From: the human T2T-CHM13v2.0 reference genome, Homo sapiens
Strand: one strand, 5' to 3'
Assembly: GCF_009914755.1 (NCBI RefSeq)
Contig: NC_060928.1
DNA: 64,000 nucleotides
Shown here piece by piece: positions 62,810 to 64,000 of this stretch. Under the pieces are notes generated by a model. The model was not told where the DNA came from. It made no database searches and was given only the letters and a program-made list of their open reading frames with translations. A program made the position numbers and the translations under genes. Positions within the stretch are counted from its first letter, which is position 1. Every line of letters begins with the position of its first letter.

Positions 62810-64000
62810 TTCCAAGATGGCCAAATAGGAACAGCTGCAGTCTACAGCTTCCAGCATGAGCGACGCAGAAGATAGTTGATTTCTGCATTTCCAACTGAGG
62901 TACTGGGTGCATCTCACTGGGGCTTGTTGGACAGTGGGTGTAGGACAGTGGGTGCAGCCCACTGAGCATGAGCCAAAGCAGGGTGAGGCATCACCCCACC
63001 TAGGAAGTGCAAGGGGTCAGGGAATTCCATTTCCTAGCCAAGGGAAGCTGTGACAGATGGCACCTGGAAAATCGGGTCACTCCCACTCTAATACTGGGCT
63101 TTTCCAATGGTCTTAGCAAGCAGCACACCAGGAGATTATATCCCGTGCATGGCTTGGAGGGTCCCATGCCCACAGAGTCTCACTCATTGCTAGCACAGCA
63201 GTCTGAGATGAAACTGCAAGGTGTCAGTGAGGCTAGGGGACTGGCGCCCACCATTGCTGAGGCTTGAGTAGGCAAACAAAGCAGCCGGGAAGCTTGAACT
63301 TGGTGGAGCCCACTGCAGCTCAAGGAGGCCTGCCTGCCTCTGTAGATTCCACCTCTTGGGGCAGGACATTGCCAAACAAAAGGCAGCAGAAACCTCTGCA
63401 GACTTAAGTGTCCCTGTCTGACAGCTTTGAAGAGAGTAGTGGTTCTCCCAGCATGGAGTTTGAGATCTGAGAATGGTCAAACTGCCTCCTCAAGTGGGTC
63501 CCTGACCCCTGTGTAGCCTAACTGGGAGGCACCCCCCAGTAGGGGCAGACTGACACCTCACACGGCTGGGTACCTTTCTGAGATGAAGCTTCCAGAGGAA
63601 CAATCAGGCAGCAACATTTGCTGTTCAGCAATATTCGCTGTTCTGCAGTCTCCACTGCTGATACCCAGGCAAACAGGGTCTGGAGTGGACCTCCCGCAAA
63701 CTCCAACAGACCTGCTGCTGAGGGTCCTGACTGTTAGAAGGAAAACTAACAAACAGAAAGGACATCCACACCAAAACCCCATCTGTACGTCACCATCATC
63801 AAAGACCAAAGGTAGATAAAACCACAAAGATAGGGAAAAAACAGAGCAGAAAACCTGAAAATTCTAAAATTCAGAGTGCCTCTCCCCCTCCAAAGGAACA
63901 CAGCTCCTCACCAGCAACAGAACGAAGCTGGATGGAGAATGACTTTGACGAGTTGAGAGAAGAAGGCTTCAGGCGATCAAACTTCTCCTAGCTAAAGGAG
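62808..64000 (+). mobile_element. L1PA 5'UTR and ORF1 N-terminus in opposite orientation (probable inverted 5' part of the same element); runs off the window
   Basis: Starts GGTTCCAAGATGGCCAAATAGGAACAGC (L1 5' terminus, YY1 site at 62813-62822); ORF1 start mutated to ATA at 63830-63832, followed by GKKQSRKPENSKIQSASPPPKE. Confidence 0.93.

Noticed and set aside
62929-62956. GGACAGTGGGTG duplication in the L1 5'UTR
   Set aside because: As I recall, a subfamily consensus feature of mid-age L1PA, not locus-specific

Overview
AT-rich, repeat-dominated primate (human-like) genomic DNA, apparently intergenic or intronic. I could not support any cellular protein-coding exon, RNA gene or CpG island, and I cannot name the locus. 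Every long ORF in the track belongs to a decayed retroelement. Three large elements dominate. (1) A full-length, inactivated L1PA (about L1PA6/7) lies on the minus strand at ~5461-11630, nested in an older L1M. (2) A two-LTR class I provirus at 29845-37035 has MER48-type LTRs (HERVH48/HERV-Fb), a tRNA-Phe PBS and a TTAGG TSD. It carries decayed HERV-H/F-type gag-pro-pol and an SU-deleted env whose TM is of the ERV3/HERV-E type. It sits in an old L1M. (3) An L1PA (about L1PA4-6) at 58345-64000+ has its whole 5'UTR and ORF1 N-terminus inverted head-to-head against the rest, so the antisense promoter points into a chimeric ORF1 and ORF2. The remainder is four Alus, many MaLR/ERVL solo LTRs, L2/MIR/L1M fragments, hAT MITEs, microsatellites and several small hairpin or templated-insertion scars. 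Subfamily names come from recalled consensus sequences and need Dfam/RepeatMasker confirmation. I found no evidence of a new biological system. The findings are unusual retroelement architectures and mutation scars.
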